The notes beneath the pieces were generated by a model that was not told the DNA's origin, made no database searches, and saw only the letters and a list, made by a program, of their open reading frames with translations. A stretch of DNA of 52,638 nucleotides from Desulfobacterales bacterium (GTDB lineage Bacteria; Desulfobacterota; Desulfobulbia; Desulfobulbales; VMSU01). The stretch lies in NCBI GenBank assembly GCA_011330685.1, contig DRPV01000292.1:1-52638 (forward strand). The letters are read 5' to 3'. Shown piece by piece: positions 38,699 through 49,099 of the stretch. The number at the start of each line of letters is the position of its first letter. Position 1 is the first letter of the stretch. The translations under genes and the position numbers were made by a program.

Positions 38699-39040
38699 AT
38701 GCGCTGGTATGACAAATATGAGAAGCTGGGACGCCATATAGACGCAATGAAAGACATGGACAGTAAACGCCGGGACACTTTGCTGCAGGGGATAATGGCC
38801 ATTATCCGCCGCCACAGCCCTGATCTTTTAGAAAAATTTATCCTTGAGTTCCCCTTGGATAATTCCCGCCAGCGCTGGTATGATCGTGACCCTTATCTCT
38901 GGTTAACCATCAACGGCCTCCAGCATGGCCGACCGGATCTCTTAGAGACCGTCGCCCTCTATATGGCAGAAGAGGAGGAAACCGCAAATCAGACAGGCAG
39001 CGCCATTCCCGCTGATACCGCCGCCCCCCTTACCTGGTGA
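38699..39040 (+). CDS. Hypothetical protein with two RWYD motifs
   Basis: GAGG RBS; MRWYDK...[12 protein letters not shown]. Confidence 0.65.
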   Translation: MRWYDKYEKLGRHIDAMKDMDSKRRDTLLQGIMAIIRRHSPDLLEKFILEFPLDNSRQRWYDRDPYLWLTINGLQHGRPDLLETVALYMAEEEETANQTGSAIPADTAAPLTW

Positions 39041-40712
39041 GGCGGCGATATTTAATCCGGTGCGGCTGGCTGGCATCCACCCCGTAACGCCGTTTATAAT
39101 CGGCCTCATATTCCGAATAATTACCATCAAACCACACCACCTCACTATCACCTTCAAAGGCCAGGATGTGCGTCGCGATACGATCAAGAAACCAGCGGTC
39201 ATGACTGATAACCACGGCACAGCCGGCAAAATTTTCCAGGGCCTCTTCCAGGGCTCGCAGGGTATTAATATCTAAATCATTGGTGGGCTCATCAAGGAGC
39301 AGAACATTACCGCCCTCCTTCAACATGCAGGCGAGATGCACCCGGTTACGCTGACCGCCGGACATCAGCCCCACCTTCTGCTGTTGCGCCCGGCCGGAAA
39401 AATTAAACCGTCCCACATAGGCCCTGGAATTAACCTCCCGATCTCCGAGAATTATAGTATCCAGGCCGCCGGAAATAACCTCCCAGATGGACTTTTCCGG
39501 ATCAAGATTATCCCGGCTTTGATCCACATAGGACAGTTTAACCGTCTCACCCAGCCTGATTGTCCCGGAATCCGGTTTCTCCACGCCGCAGATCATCTTG
39601 AACAGGGTACTCTTACCCGCCCCGTTGGGCCCGATAACCCCGACAATACCGCCGGCGGGCAGAGAAAAATTCAAGTCAGCCAGCAGCAGTTTATCACCAA
39701 AGGCCTTACTGACGTGTTCAGCCTCTATAACCAGCCTGCCAAGCCGGGGGCCGGGCGGAATAAATATCTCCACATCCTCAAGACGTTCCTGCCGCCCCTG
39801 ACTCAATAAATCTTCATAGGATTTAATCCTGGCTTTGGCCTTGGCATGCCGCCCTTTGGGGCTCATCTTAATCCACTCCAGTTCCCTGGCCAGGGTCTTC
39901 TGGCGGCTCGACTCATGCTTCTCCTCCTGGCTCAAACGCTTTTGCTTCTGTGCCAGCCAGGATGAATAATTCCCCTTCCAGGGAATGCCGCGGCCCCGAT
40001 CCAGTTCCAGAATCCAGCCCGCGACATTATCGAGAAAATAGCGGTCATGGGTAACGGCAATTACCGTCCCCTTATACTGCTGAAGATGATGCTCCAGCCA
40101 GGCAACGGTCTCGGCATCGAGATGATTTGTTGGTTCATCCAAGAGTAAAATATCCGGTTCCTGCAGGAGCAGACGGCAGAGAGCCACCCGCCGTTTCTCA
40201 CCACCGGACAAGACCTTGATAATAGCATCCGGCGGCGGGCAGCGCAGGGCGTCCATGGCCATTTCCAGCCGCGAATCAAGCTCCCAGGCATTCAGGTGAT
40301 CGAGCTTTTCCTGCACTTGGCCCTGGCGCTCAATGAGATCGTTCATCTCATCATCGTTCATGGGCTCGGCAAATTTATCATTGATCCGATTAAACTCGGC
40401 GAGAAGATCAACCGTCTCCCGTACCCCTTCTTCCACGGCCTGACGCACCGTGTGTTCTGACTCTAATTCCGGTTCCTGAGCCAGATAACCGATGCTGTAA
40501 TCAGCGGACAGACTTATCTCGCCATTAAAATCCTTATCCACCCCGGCCAGAATCCGGAGCAGCGAACTTTTACCCGAGCCGTTCAGCCCCAACACCCCGA
40601 TTTTGGCCCCATAAAAATAGGACAGGGATATATCCTTCAAAACAGGTTTCTGGTCATAATACTTACTGACCCGCATCATGGAATAGATAATTTTATTCGC
40701 CTCTTCCGCCAT
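39030..40712 (-). CDS. ettA: Energy-dependent translational throttle protein EttA
   Basis: [25 protein letters not shown]; ELEWI.MSPKGR; [18 protein letters not shown]. Confidence 0.95.
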   Translation of the reverse strand: MAEEANKIIYSMMRVSKYYDQKPVLKDISLSYFYGAKIGVLGLNGSGKSSLLRILAGVDKDFNGEISLSADYSIGYLAQEPELESEHTVRQAVEEGVRETVDLLAEFNRINDKFAEPMNDDEMNDLIERQGQVQEKLDHLNAWELDSRLEMAMDALRCPPPDAIIKVLSGGEKRRVALCRLLLQEPDILLLDEPTNHLDAETVAWLEHHLQQYKGTVIAVTHDRYFLDNVAGWILELDRGRGIPWKGNYSSWLAQKQKRLSQEEKHESSRQKTLARELEWIKMSPKGRHAKAKARIKSYEDLLSQGRQERLEDVEIFIPPGPRLGRLVIEAEHVSKAFGDKLLLADLNFSLPAGGIVGVIGPNGAGKSTLFKMICGVEKPDSGTIRLGETVKLSYVDQSRDNLDPEKSIWEVISGGLDTIILGDREVNSRAYVGRFNFSGRAQQQKVGLMSGGQRNRVHLACMLKEGGNVLLLDEPTNDLDINTLRALEEALENFAGCAVVISHDRWFLDRIATHILAFEGDSEVVWFDGNYSEYEADYKRRYGVDASQPHRIKYRRLTR

Positions 40713-40819
40713 CTTATATTCCTTTCATTTTTTATCTTTTCTATGCTTACAGCATCACAAACCACACCGTTTTGTAACTTAACAAAGTCCATCCGGCAAG
40801 ACAAGGGCATTAAGACCGG

Positions 40820-41620
40820 CTACAGGTGGTGTTCCGCTATTTTAGTGAACATCATCACCAGACCGGCGCAAAGGGTGAAAATGGATTTAATCTGGAGATT
40901 CACCGCGCAGCATTCGTCAAAGAATATGGTCAATAACGATTCCAGGTCATCTTCCGGGGACTGGTAGCAGATAAGGATAGGAACCTTGGGCAGGGGATGA
41001 AGAATCAGGGCAATATCAGCCTGATACCATTCAACTTCCCGACCGGCAAAAAGTTCGATTATATCCTCTAAGAGATGGGGGTTGTCATCCGCCAATTTAC
41101 GCAGCGGCGTCTCACAGCGGCTCGTAAACAGGCCCTGCCAGTCAATACCGCCCTTTATCTCCCGCAGGGATATCCATCTCCCGGTTATCTCGGCATGTCT
41201 TTTGTTAGTGATATAAGAGAGGAGCGGAGCCTGCACCCAGGGGTTGATATGGCACTCAGAGACTAATGTGCCCTGGCGGCTCACCCTGAAATCCTTGCCC
41301 AGAGAATTAACAATCAGGCAGTCATCTTTAGCGACGGCCCCGATCACTGGTGCCAGAGCCTGGAAATCGGCCAAAGAAATCCTGCTCTGCAATTTATCCA
41401 TGAATTCCGCCTGCTCGAACTCCGAGGCCGCGGAACTGGGAATATCAGCAGCCAGTTCCCCGCCCAGGGCAGGCTCAAGTTCGGGACAGTCCCGCAACTT
41501 TTTTCGACCCTCAATCACCGCCGCGGCAAAAGCCAGACAAGAGGGCAGCAAACACTTGCCGCAATTAGTCTTAGGAAGAATTTTATATATTTCCAGGGGA
41601 TTGCGCGTATTATTTTTCAT
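40820..41620 (-). CDS. Fe-S-binding domain plus DUF3786 protein
   Basis: LPKTNCGKC..PSCLAFA...CP cluster motif, then DUF3786-like region (LP.VP.L.CY). Confidence 0.8.
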   Translation of the reverse strand: MKNNTRNPLEIYKILPKTNCGKCLLPSCLAFAAAVIEGRKKLRDCPELEPALGGELAADIPSSAASEFEQAEFMDKLQSRISLADFQALAPVIGAVAKDDCLIVNSLGKDFRVSRQGTLVSECHINPWVQAPLLSYITNKRHAEITGRWISLREIKGGIDWQGLFTSRCETPLRKLADDNPHLLEDIIELFAGREVEWYQADIALILHPLPKVPILICYQSPEDDLESLLTIFFDECCAVNLQIKSIFTLCAGLVMMFTKIAEHHL

Positions 41621-41689
41621 TGCCTCATTAGGGGGACGTCTATGATTTCATGCGTTTTGATTAGGGGCCGGAGTTAAAACATGCCCCCT

Positions 41690-42667
41690 TCATCGTGATG
41701 AACTATCTGACTTTTTTAGCTTTTCAAGATAATCAATCTCAATTTTCTTTACCCGGTTTAAGGTATCTTCAATTAAACGCCGATTAAAGGAAATAACATC
41801 ACCTAAAAAACCAAGTACCAGAACCTGAAAGCCAATGACCAGCAACGAACTGCCCAGGATCAGGGACTGAATATGACCATCCCCCAGCCCCCGAAAATAA
41901 AAGCTGAAAAAACGCACCATGGGCACAGCGCCGGTGAGCATAATAATGACGCTGATCACAAAAAAATACCTAAGCGGCTGATGCATGGCATACATGCGAG
42001 CCATGGTATTGAGCTGATTAACAACGAAACCGGGAGTACTCTTAATCAATCGAGATTCACGGGTTTTGGGATTGGTACCCACATGAACACTTGATATGGC
42101 CATCGTCCTTTTGCCGGCCTGTAGAATAGTTTCAACCGTATAAGAGTAATGGGTCAGAATATTCAGCTGCATGGCTGCATCACGGCTGAAGGCCCGAAAG
42201 CCGCTCACCGCGTCTGGCAGATCAGTCCCGGATAACACCCGGACAATGGTGCTGCCGAATTTCTGCAGAATTTTCTTGTGAAGCTCAAAATGAGGGATAT
42301 TATCGGTCTGACGGTCACCTACCACGATTTCAGCCCGGCCCGCCAGAATAGGGGCCACCAGTTTGGGAATATCCTGCCCCTTGTACTGATTATCACCATC
42401 CGTGTTAACGATTATATCAGCGCCAAGCCGCAGACAGGCATCAAGACCGGTGCGGAAAGCCGCCGCCAGCCCTTTATTATTGATATGGACAACTATGTGA
42501 TCCACACCTATCTGACGGGCGGTCTCAATGGTACGGTCGGTGCTGCCGTCATCAACAATAAGGATTTCCACCTCGTCAATACCGTCAATCCGGCGGGGAA
42601 TGTCCCGCACCGTCTGGGGCAGAGAATGTTCCTCATTGAGGCAGGGAATCTGGACAATTAATTTCAT
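41690..42667 (-). CDS. GT2 glycosyltransferase (polyprenol-phosphate glycosyltransferase-like)
   Basis: IPCLNEE, VDDGSTD, TDGDNQY, DAVSGFRAFSR; two C-terminal TMs. Confidence 0.9.
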   Translation of the reverse strand: MKLIVQIPCLNEEHSLPQTVRDIPRRIDGIDEVEILIVDDGSTDRTIETARQIGVDHIVVHINNKGLAAAFRTGLDACLRLGADIIVNTDGDNQYKGQDIPKLVAPILAGRAEIVVGDRQTDNIPHFELHKKILQKFGSTIVRVLSGTDLPDAVSGFRAFSRDAAMQLNILTHYSYTVETILQAGKRTMAISSVHVGTNPKTRESRLIKSTPGFVVNQLNTMARMYAMHQPLRYFFVISVIIMLTGAVPMVRFFSFYFRGLGDGHIQSLILGSSLLVIGFQVLVLGFLGDVISFNRRLIEDTLNRVKKIEIDYLEKLKKSDSSSR

Positions 42668-42672
42668 ATTTT

Positions 42673-43905
42673 TTATTGGCAGTTATGCAGCATTTTCAGA
42701 CGCCGGGTGATACTGAGCCGCAGATTTCCCGTGTGTTCCTCCGGCACCCGGCAGGCGGTAAAAACCTCCGGCCAGGTGGCCAGCCGGGCCGCCACCTCGG
42801 TTAGAATCCTGCCGCAGCGCTGCTTAGAGAGACCAAATTTTCTCCCTTCCCGCAAAATATCATCACGATTCAGGGCCTGATGCTTACCATTGACCAGTAG
42901 AATCTGCTCCCCCTGATATATATTGGGCACAATATCATAGGCCGGCGACAGACGCCAGCCTTGCCTGGTATGGAGCATGGCAAAATTCTGCAGATGATCA
43001 TCGGTGTTAACCAGGGCAATATTGACAATCATCTGTCGATAAAGCCCCTCAAGATCATCCTTGGGGCGATGAGAGAAACGGCTGACAATCCCGGCCAAGT
43101 CGGCATATGAGACGCTGTAATGATCCTCCACCCCAATAAGGGTTCTGAAACTCACCAGGGCGTTCCGGCCCTTCGTCGGCGTTACGTCAAAACGACGGAT
43201 AAGGAGAATATCCCGACCGGCCGCCCTCTCCCGCCTTATTTCAGGTACTTCCAACCCGGCTCTACGGGCCAGAATAAGCCCGGCCTCCTCTAAGGCCACA
43301 AATAATTCCGGGTGCGGATCCTGACGACTGGTAAATTTGGCCAGCCACAGATCGTCATCAAGAATTGTCAGAACCTTGGGCCTGGCCCCGCCGGCCGAAC
43401 TGCCACAGGCCAGTAAATGACGCAGTTCGGCGTTATCAACGGCAATGGAATCCTCCAGGGCCGACGCCTCAGTAATTGCCTTGGCAATATCGGCGAAATC
43501 AATACTGCCGCCAACCGACGTAGGCGGCACCTCACTTTCAGAGAACAATAAACGGCCCAGGCCGCTGCCACCGAGAGCAAGAAGCAGATGAGCCGGAGCG
43601 TATGGCGGCTCCAGACCGCCTTTGCGAGCCAGGATATGGCGTCCCCAGGCATCGGGCAGAGAATCATCAAAGACCTCCGGCATGCCAAGTTCACGGTTGA
43701 CCGCAGTAAACACACCGTTATCCAAAGGCAGATGCACCGGATCCAGAGGATAGGCCAGGGGATTCCGAAGATACGCCTCGTCATAACGGAAAAAGCCCTC
43801 ATAATTACCGCGATTATACAGATTCCGCGACAACAAACGGCCCACCAACACGATCCGGCCGTCGGTAAAAAGGGCATGGACGTATAGATTTACCTCGGCC
43901 TTCAT
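42673..43905 (-). CDS. hipA: HipA-family Ser/Thr kinase toxin
   Basis: N-terminal couple domain (DSLPDAWGR), GSSAGGARPK, RRFD, NTDDHLQNF, LSPAYDI. Confidence 0.92.
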   Translation of the reverse strand: MKAEVNLYVHALFTDGRIVLVGRLLSRNLYNRGNYEGFFRYDEAYLRNPLAYPLDPVHLPLDNGVFTAVNRELGMPEVFDDSLPDAWGRHILARKGGLEPPYAPAHLLLALGGSGLGRLLFSESEVPPTSVGGSIDFADIAKAITEASALEDSIAVDNAELRHLLACGSSAGGARPKVLTILDDDLWLAKFTSRQDPHPELFVALEEAGLILARRAGLEVPEIRRERAAGRDILLIRRFDVTPTKGRNALVSFRTLIGVEDHYSVSYADLAGIVSRFSHRPKDDLEGLYRQMIVNIALVNTDDHLQNFAMLHTRQGWRLSPAYDIVPNIYQGEQILLVNGKHQALNRDDILREGRKFGLSKQRCGRILTEVAARLATWPEVFTACRVPEEHTGNLRLSITRRLKMLHNCQ

Positions 43906-44213
43906 CTTTTGCGAACCCGTGTTTTCCGCAGCTTAGTTAACTGCCGCTGCTTTTTATCGTATTCCGCGAATGGGTCTGGCGGAATAACCAGGGCCTGTTT
44001 CCAGGTATCCAACAGCCCCAGAACCGCACTGACCCTGATCCATTTACCAAGAGCCACAGATGATTCCCCCCGCTCCATCCGGGCCAGCAGCTGCCGTGAT
44101 ACACCGGCCCTGGCCCCCAGATCTTCCTGGGTCTCCCGCCTCTCAATCCGGGCCTTCCGCAACCGCAGTCCCAATTCCCGGAAAAAATCCTTTTCATCTT
44201 GATTAAAGTCCAT
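43902..44213 (-). CDS. XRE-family HTH antitoxin (HipB-like)
   Basis: LRKARIERRETQEDLGARAGVSRQLLARMERG HTH; ATGA overlap with hipA. Confidence 0.88.
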   Translation of the reverse strand: MDFNQDEKDFFRELGLRLRKARIERRETQEDLGARAGVSRQLLARMERGESSVALGKWIRVSAVLGLLDTWKQALVIPPDPFAEYDKKQRQLTKLRKTRVRKR

Positions 44214-44232
44214 AATTCACCCCGCATGGTGA

Positions 44233-44262
44233 ACTATATTCATTACATTATCCGCCTGTCAA
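44233..44262 (-). promoter_or_regulatory. Sigma70 promoter of the hipBA-like operon with candidate operators
   Basis: Minus strand TTGACA-N18-TATAGT; inverted repeat TGAA-N5-TTCA over the -10, plus TTCACC..GGTGAA and TATGTT..AACATA nearby. Confidence 0.6.
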
Positions 44263-44304
44263 GGGGTTTATGTTATATAAAACAAACATACTATAAAGTT
44301 GTGC

Positions 44305-44457
44305 GTAACCGTTCAGCCAAGGCAACAAATTGCCCTTAACTGTGAGCTGTAACCGTTCAGATGTGCTCCAGGTTCGTTTGTTTTGGCCACCGAGTCTGTA
44401 CACCCCGTACGTGAGGTGGACAAAACGGACGAAAATGGGGTGCAGCTGAACGGTTAC
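44305..44457 (+). mobile_element. MITE-like element, GTAAC subfamily (153 bp)
   Basis: Perfect TIRs GTAACCGTTCAGC / GCTGAACGGTTAC; perfect 8-bp TSD AGTTGTGC; internal end motif at 44349. Confidence 0.93.
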
Positions 44458-44471
44458 AGTTGTGCCGACCC

Positions 44472-45581
44472 TTATCCTCTCCTCATCCGGCCATAATGGC
44501 TGTCCAGCCAGTTACGGTAACTACCGTCCATCACCGCCCGCCACCAGGATTCATTCTCCAGCATCCAGGCGATGGTCTTGCGAATCCCCGTGGCGAAGGA
44601 CTCCCGCGGGACGTAGCCCAGCTCCGCGCGGCACTTGGCGGCGTCAATGGCGTAGCGACGGTCATGCCCCGGACGATCCTTAACATAGGTAATTAAGCTC
44701 TCCGCCTGACGGCCCACTACCTCAGGAGCAGCCGGAAAGCGGACATTCAAGGCCTCATCACGGGCAAAACATTCATCCATCAGGGCGCAGACCAGTTTTA
44801 CTATATCGATATTTGTCCACTCATTATTGCCGCCGATATTATAAACCCCGCCCACTTCGCCCTTTTTTAAAATCAGATCAATACCACGGCAATGATCATC
44901 CACATAGAGCCAGTCACGGATATTTTGACCGTCACCATAAACGGGCAGGGGCTTGCCGGCCAAGATATTAACAATAATCAAGGGAATCAGCTTCTCCGGG
45001 AATTGATACGGACCATAATTATTGGAACAGTTACTGGTGCTTACCTGCAGGCCATAGGTATGATGATAGGAACGAACCAGATGGTCGGAGGAGGCCTTAC
45101 TGGCTGAATAGGGCGAATTGGGGGCATAGGCCGTGGTCTCGGTAAAGGGTGGATCAGCCGGGCCCAGGGAGCCGTAAACCTCATCAGTGGAAACGTGATG
45201 GAAACGATGTTCCCGGCCGCTGCCGGCCAGCCATACCTCCCGCGCGGCCTTCAGCATAGAGTGGGTGCCGACAATATTGGTCTCAATAAATGCGTCCGGG
45301 CCATGAATGGAACGGTCGACATGGGATTCAGCCGCGAAATGGACAATGGTATCAATCTCATGCTCCCGCAGCAGGCCTTCCACCAGTGCCTGATCAAGGA
45401 TATTGCCATGCACAAAGTGAAAACCAGCCTGCTCTTTCACCGCTTCCAGGCTGGCCGGATTACCGGCATAGGTCAGGGCATCCAGAACCACCAGCACATC
45501 GGCAGGATACTCACCCCGCCAATAATGCACAAAATTGGCCCCGATAAATCCGGCACCGCCGGTAACAAGTATTTTAGACAT
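44472..45581 (-). CDS. rfbB: dTDP-glucose 4,6-dehydratase
   Basis: GGAGFIG, AAESHVDRSI, STDEVYG, YSASK, DRPGHDRRY. Confidence 0.97.
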   Translation of the reverse strand: MSKILVTGGAGFIGANFVHYWRGEYPADVLVVLDALTYAGNPASLEAVKEQAGFHFVHGNILDQALVEGLLREHEIDTIVHFAAESHVDRSIHGPDAFIETNIVGTHSMLKAAREVWLAGSGREHRFHHVSTDEVYGSLGPADPPFTETTAYAPNSPYSASKASSDHLVRSYHHTYGLQVSTSNCSNNYGPYQFPEKLIPLIIVNILAGKPLPVYGDGQNIRDWLYVDDHCRGIDLILKKGEVGGVYNIGGNNEWTNIDIVKLVCALMDECFARDEALNVRFPAAPEVVGRQAESLITYVKDRPGHDRRYAIDAAKCRAELGYVPRESFATGIRKTIAWMLENESWWRAVMDGSYRNWLDSHYGRMRRG

Positions 45582-46437
45582 TTTTTAACTCTGCCAGCAT
45601 TTTTTTTAGATTAAGCCGCCAGTGCGGAGCAGCAACGCCAAATTTTTCCCACAGGATGGTCTTATCCAATACCGAATAAGGCGGCCGCCGAGCCAGGGTG
45701 GGATAATCCTCGCTACGCAGAGGCCTGATAACCGCCTCCCGCCTTAGAATGCCCAGCCTCAGCGCCTCTTCCTGGATGGCGCAGGCGAAATCGTACCAGG
45801 AAGCCACTCCGGCATCCGTCCAATGATAGATTCCAGTCAGTTTTTCAGCCGCCAGCTGCCAGAGGGCCTGAGCCAGACCAGCGGCCCAGGTGGGGCTGCC
45901 GATCTGATCGGCCACAACCCCCAGTTCATCACGCTCGGCCATCAGGCGAAGCATGGTTTTGACAAAATTATTACCATGGGCTGAATAGACCCAGGCCGTG
46001 CGTATAATGGCGGCATCCGGGCATTTCTCAAGCAACATCCGCTCCCCGGCCAGCTTACTCTCCCCATAAATCCCAGTGGGATGTGGGGTGTCCTCGGGCA
46101 GATAGGGGCGGTAATGACAGCCGTCAAAAACAAAATCCGTCGAGACATGAATGACCCCGGCCCCAACAGCCCCGGCCGCGGCAGCCAAATGCGCCACCCC
46201 GTCCCGGTTAACGGCCATGGCTCGTTCCGCCTCATTCTCGGCCTTATCCACCGCCGTATAGGCCGCGGCGTTAATTATTATCTCCGGGCTCAAGCGGCTT
46301 ACAACCTCATCCACCAACCCCCCGTTGGTAATATCAAGCTCCGCCGAATTACAGGTCGTAAGCTCAACTCCCCCCGGCACCACACGCCGCAACTCCCAGC
46401 CTAACTGACCGTCAGCCCCTGTGATTAAGATTTTCAT
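45574..46437 (-). CDS. rfbD: dTDP-4-dehydrorhamnose reductase
   Basis: GADGQLG, NAAAYTAVD.AE, STDFVFDG, YGESK; start at MKILITG. Confidence 0.96.
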   Translation of the reverse strand: MKILITGADGQLGWELRRVVPGGVELTTCNSAELDITNGGLVDEVVSRLSPEIIINAAAYTAVDKAENEAERAMAVNRDGVAHLAAAAGAVGAGVIHVSTDFVFDGCHYRPYLPEDTPHPTGIYGESKLAGERMLLEKCPDAAIIRTAWVYSAHGNNFVKTMLRLMAERDELGVVADQIGSPTWAAGLAQALWQLAAEKLTGIYHWTDAGVASWYDFACAIQEEALRLGILRREAVIRPLRSEDYPTLARRPPYSVLDKTILWEKFGVAAPHWRLNLKKMLAELKNV

Positions 46438-46762
46438 TTTTTGCTTGTGCTGTATGTTCAATATCTCTGGACAGAGATAAATATTCCGAAAGGATCAAGA
46501 ATGCCACATAGCGCGTCATCCCTGGTGAACAATTATGATTCCGACCTGTTACCTGACGACCCCCAAAGGGAGTCGTCTTATTTTTGCGACATTCAATTCA
46601 AGGAGAGAATGATTTTCGCAAATAACGCGAAAAAAATCAGGCAACAAAAAGCCTTCTGGCGACAAAGAATCAACCAAAGACCACCGCAACCAGGCAACGC
46701 TTGCTCTGGCACACAAATTGACTGCCTATGTGCCGGCAATTTTATATTACATAAAACCATCG

Positions 46763-46818
46763 GTAACTATTCAGCGGGGGCAATAAATCCCCCTGAACCG
46801 GCAGCCGTAACTGCTCAG
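46763..46818 (+). repeat. Truncated GTAAC-subfamily element (doubled end only)
   Basis: GTAACTATTCAG at 46763 and GTAACTGCTCAG at 46807; close to 163-218. Confidence 0.8.
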
Positions 46819-46845
46819 CATGACTTTTCCTGATGTCTTGTTTGT

Positions 46846-48507
46846 TTACTGAGCAGCCGGCTTCTGGCTGGAACGACTTCGGAGCTGAAGCGGGAAAGTC
46901 AATACCGTGGAGGTGGCATCGCTTAAGATATTAATTCCGCCGCTGCGCATAATTACCCCCACATAAAGATTAACCGTACCGGCTGAATTCTTATTCTTAG
47001 AGCCGGCGGCTGGTTTTTTAATCGGCCCAAGCTGGTAATCGGCAATATAGCCGTCAATTTTTCTGGTACGCCAAAGTTCAGTAAGGCCTATGCCGTTCCA
47101 GGCCAGGGCATAAATTTCACCGCTGGGATAACTCTTAAGTTTACCCATGATTCGGGAGGCGGAAGACAGATTTCTGTTAATAATTATATCGGGATGCCCG
47201 TCATTATTCACATCACGAACAATTATACGGGCCGGAACATATATCCTGGGCGGCTCATAGGAACCATTTTCCAGATCTTTGTTTATATCATCAAACCCGA
47301 CACCACCGAGATAGGTAGTGGTACCGCCATAATAATCATCACTGACCCACATAACCTTACCGCTGGGACGTAGAACAAGTATTTTATCACCATGACTGAT
47401 AGCCACCACCTCGTTACGGCCGTCACCATCCAGGTCGGCTATGGAAAAATCGAAAAGATTGACCCCATTGACCGGCACCATACCGGCCTTGACAAGCTGG
47501 CCCTTTTTTAGTTTAAGGCGGTAAATGCCGGGAGCAAGCAGAGTTTGAAAACCTCCTTTCTGACCGGCCAGCACCCGCCCCTCACCAGGAATATTAATCG
47601 CCCTTATATACCATCTCTGATTTTCGGCCAGCTTCACAAAATTCTTACCATCCCACTCCAGGATAAAAGAGTTGGGTCGTTTGGCATCTGCGGCACTGAC
47701 GTATATTTCCTGCCGGCCGTTTTTATTTAGATCAGCCATGGTTATGGCGTGAATGGCATAACGTTCAGAGGTCGACATCTGCCATATTTTCTGAAAACGA
47801 TTGCCCTGTCGGCGGTATATTCTGATCTCATGTTTGGCCGCCAGGACAAATTCAGATTTACCATCGCCGTCAACATCGCCAACATCCATAGCCACCAGAC
47901 CAAAACGAAAGTTCTGACTCTTTGAAAATCCAAAGGCCCCGGTAATTACCCCCCGAGGCCGCAGGATATTACCGCCGTAACCACCCTGAAGACCAGCCCG
48001 AAAGGCAAGTTCAGGATTGGCAGTCTGGTAGGGAGAAGCGGCAGCAGCAGGGGCCGCAATTGCCGCAACCCGAGGAGCGGGAGCGCCAGAAGCGGCGGCC
48101 GGTCTCTTTTTGCCAAAGACCTTCGCGGCAATATCCCAGCTCAGAGAATCAACCGCCTTTATAATTCCGCCCTCTGTGGCGGCGGTGGCATAGAATTTCC
48201 TGCCCTGACCGCCCTGGACGGAGGTCAAGGTAACGTCAAGCGAATAACTGCCGCCAAAGACCGTCATACTGCCCTTCAAGGTATAATCGGCCCCAGCCTT
48301 CGTGGGTACTATATTTACCCCGGCGTTGTCAGCGAGACGACTGGCCAGCATTGACCTTATCCCGCTTTTTAAATATGACATATCTTTAGCGGCATTAATG
48401 GTAAACGGCTTAATGACTACCGTTGGCGGAGCCGCCAGCACCGGGATGGCAAAGGAGATGATCAGAACGGCAAGGACATAAATCTGCAGAAATCGTTTAG
48501 AATTCAT
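46846..48507 (-). CDS. Exported FG-GAP/VCBS repeat protein
   Basis: Signal peptide; DVDGDG, DLNKNG, DLDGDG, DVNNDG repeats; TolB-N/CsgG-like N-terminal domain. Confidence 0.82.
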   Translation of the reverse strand: MNSKRFLQIYVLAVLIISFAIPVLAAPPTVVIKPFTINAAKDMSYLKSGIRSMLASRLADNAGVNIVPTKAGADYTLKGSMTVFGGSYSLDVTLTSVQGGQGRKFYATAATEGGIIKAVDSLSWDIAAKVFGKKRPAAASGAPAPRVAAIAAPAAAASPYQTANPELAFRAGLQGGYGGNILRPRGVITGAFGFSKSQNFRFGLVAMDVGDVDGDGKSEFVLAAKHEIRIYRRQGNRFQKIWQMSTSERYAIHAITMADLNKNGRQEIYVSAADAKRPNSFILEWDGKNFVKLAENQRWYIRAINIPGEGRVLAGQKGGFQTLLAPGIYRLKLKKGQLVKAGMVPVNGVNLFDFSIADLDGDGRNEVVAISHGDKILVLRPSGKVMWVSDDYYGGTTTYLGGVGFDDINKDLENGSYEPPRIYVPARIIVRDVNNDGHPDIIINRNLSSASRIMGKLKSYPSGEIYALAWNGIGLTELWRTRKIDGYIADYQLGPIKKPAAGSKNKNSAGTVNLYVGVIMRSGGINILSDATSTVLTFPLQLRSRSSQKPAAQ

Positions 48508-48667
48508 AGTATTATTCTGGTTGTGGTTAACTTTAAAGCAAAAAGACCATTTATGGACAGACACTAACTACGTATTAGCAAATAAACTATTTTACTGCAC
48601 TTGGCAACCAGACAGATCAAATATCCTTTTTTAAACGCCATAAACCTTGACTTGGGTTCAAAACAAG

Positions 48668-48853
48668 ATGACCAGAATAGAAATCGACAAAGACCTGTAT
48701 AAACAACTTCAGGACTGCTCAGTGCCTGCCGGATTTTCTTCCGTTGATGATTTTATTATCCACATTCTGAAAAAAGAAGTCGCCATTTATGAGAATGTCG
48801 ATGATGACCCAAACATCATGGAGCGGCTCAAGGAGTTAGGCTCTATCGCCTGA
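48668..48853 (+). CDS. Small hypothetical protein, ribbon-helix-helix-like
   Basis: RIEIDKDLY..L....GFSSVDDFI.HIL...ERLKELG pattern. Confidence 0.55.
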   Translation: MTRIEIDKDLYKQLQDCSVPAGFSSVDDFIIHILKKEVAIYENVDDDPNIMERLKELGSIA

Positions 48854-48884
48854 ATGAGAATATACCGAAGATCTGCCGAGATAC

Positions 48885-48921
48885 TACAACGCAGTAGATC
48901 GGACTTTTTACGACGTCATCA
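48885..48921. repeat. Possible fragment of a second interspersed repeat family
   Basis: CTACAACGCAGTAGATCGGACTTTTTACGACGTCATCA resembles repeat ends I recall from Desulfobulbales genomes; single copy here, unverified. Confidence 0.35.
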
Positions 48922-48993
48922 TTCTTAATACGCAACGCTAATGTTTGTTCCCTCCCGCCCTGATGGTTATCCCTCATGCTGCCTTATTTAGTC

Positions 48994-49021
48994 TTGCAAT
49001 TACCAGTTTTTTAGTTATAAT
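48994..49021 (+). promoter_or_regulatory. Probable sigma70 promoter of the multiheme cytochrome gene
   Basis: TTGCAA-N16-TATAAT, 78 nt before the ATG. Confidence 0.5.
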
Positions 49022-49099
49022 TCATGGTTAAATACGAACACCACAAATGAACAAATTATAAAATTACTCGTAATATTACACACTTAACGGAGAAGTGAA

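Noticed and set aside
46707-46721. Sigma54 promoter TGGCACACAAATTGA
   Set aside because: The -12 element is GA rather than GC, and no credible plus-strand gene follows.
46441-46833. 130-aa ORF between rfbD and the FG-GAP gene
   Set aside because: No motif, and it runs through a repeat element; probably spurious.
48854-49099. Cyclic-dinucleotide (GEMM) riboswitch upstream of the cytochrome
   Set aside because: I could not find the GEMM two-hairpin consensus by eye.
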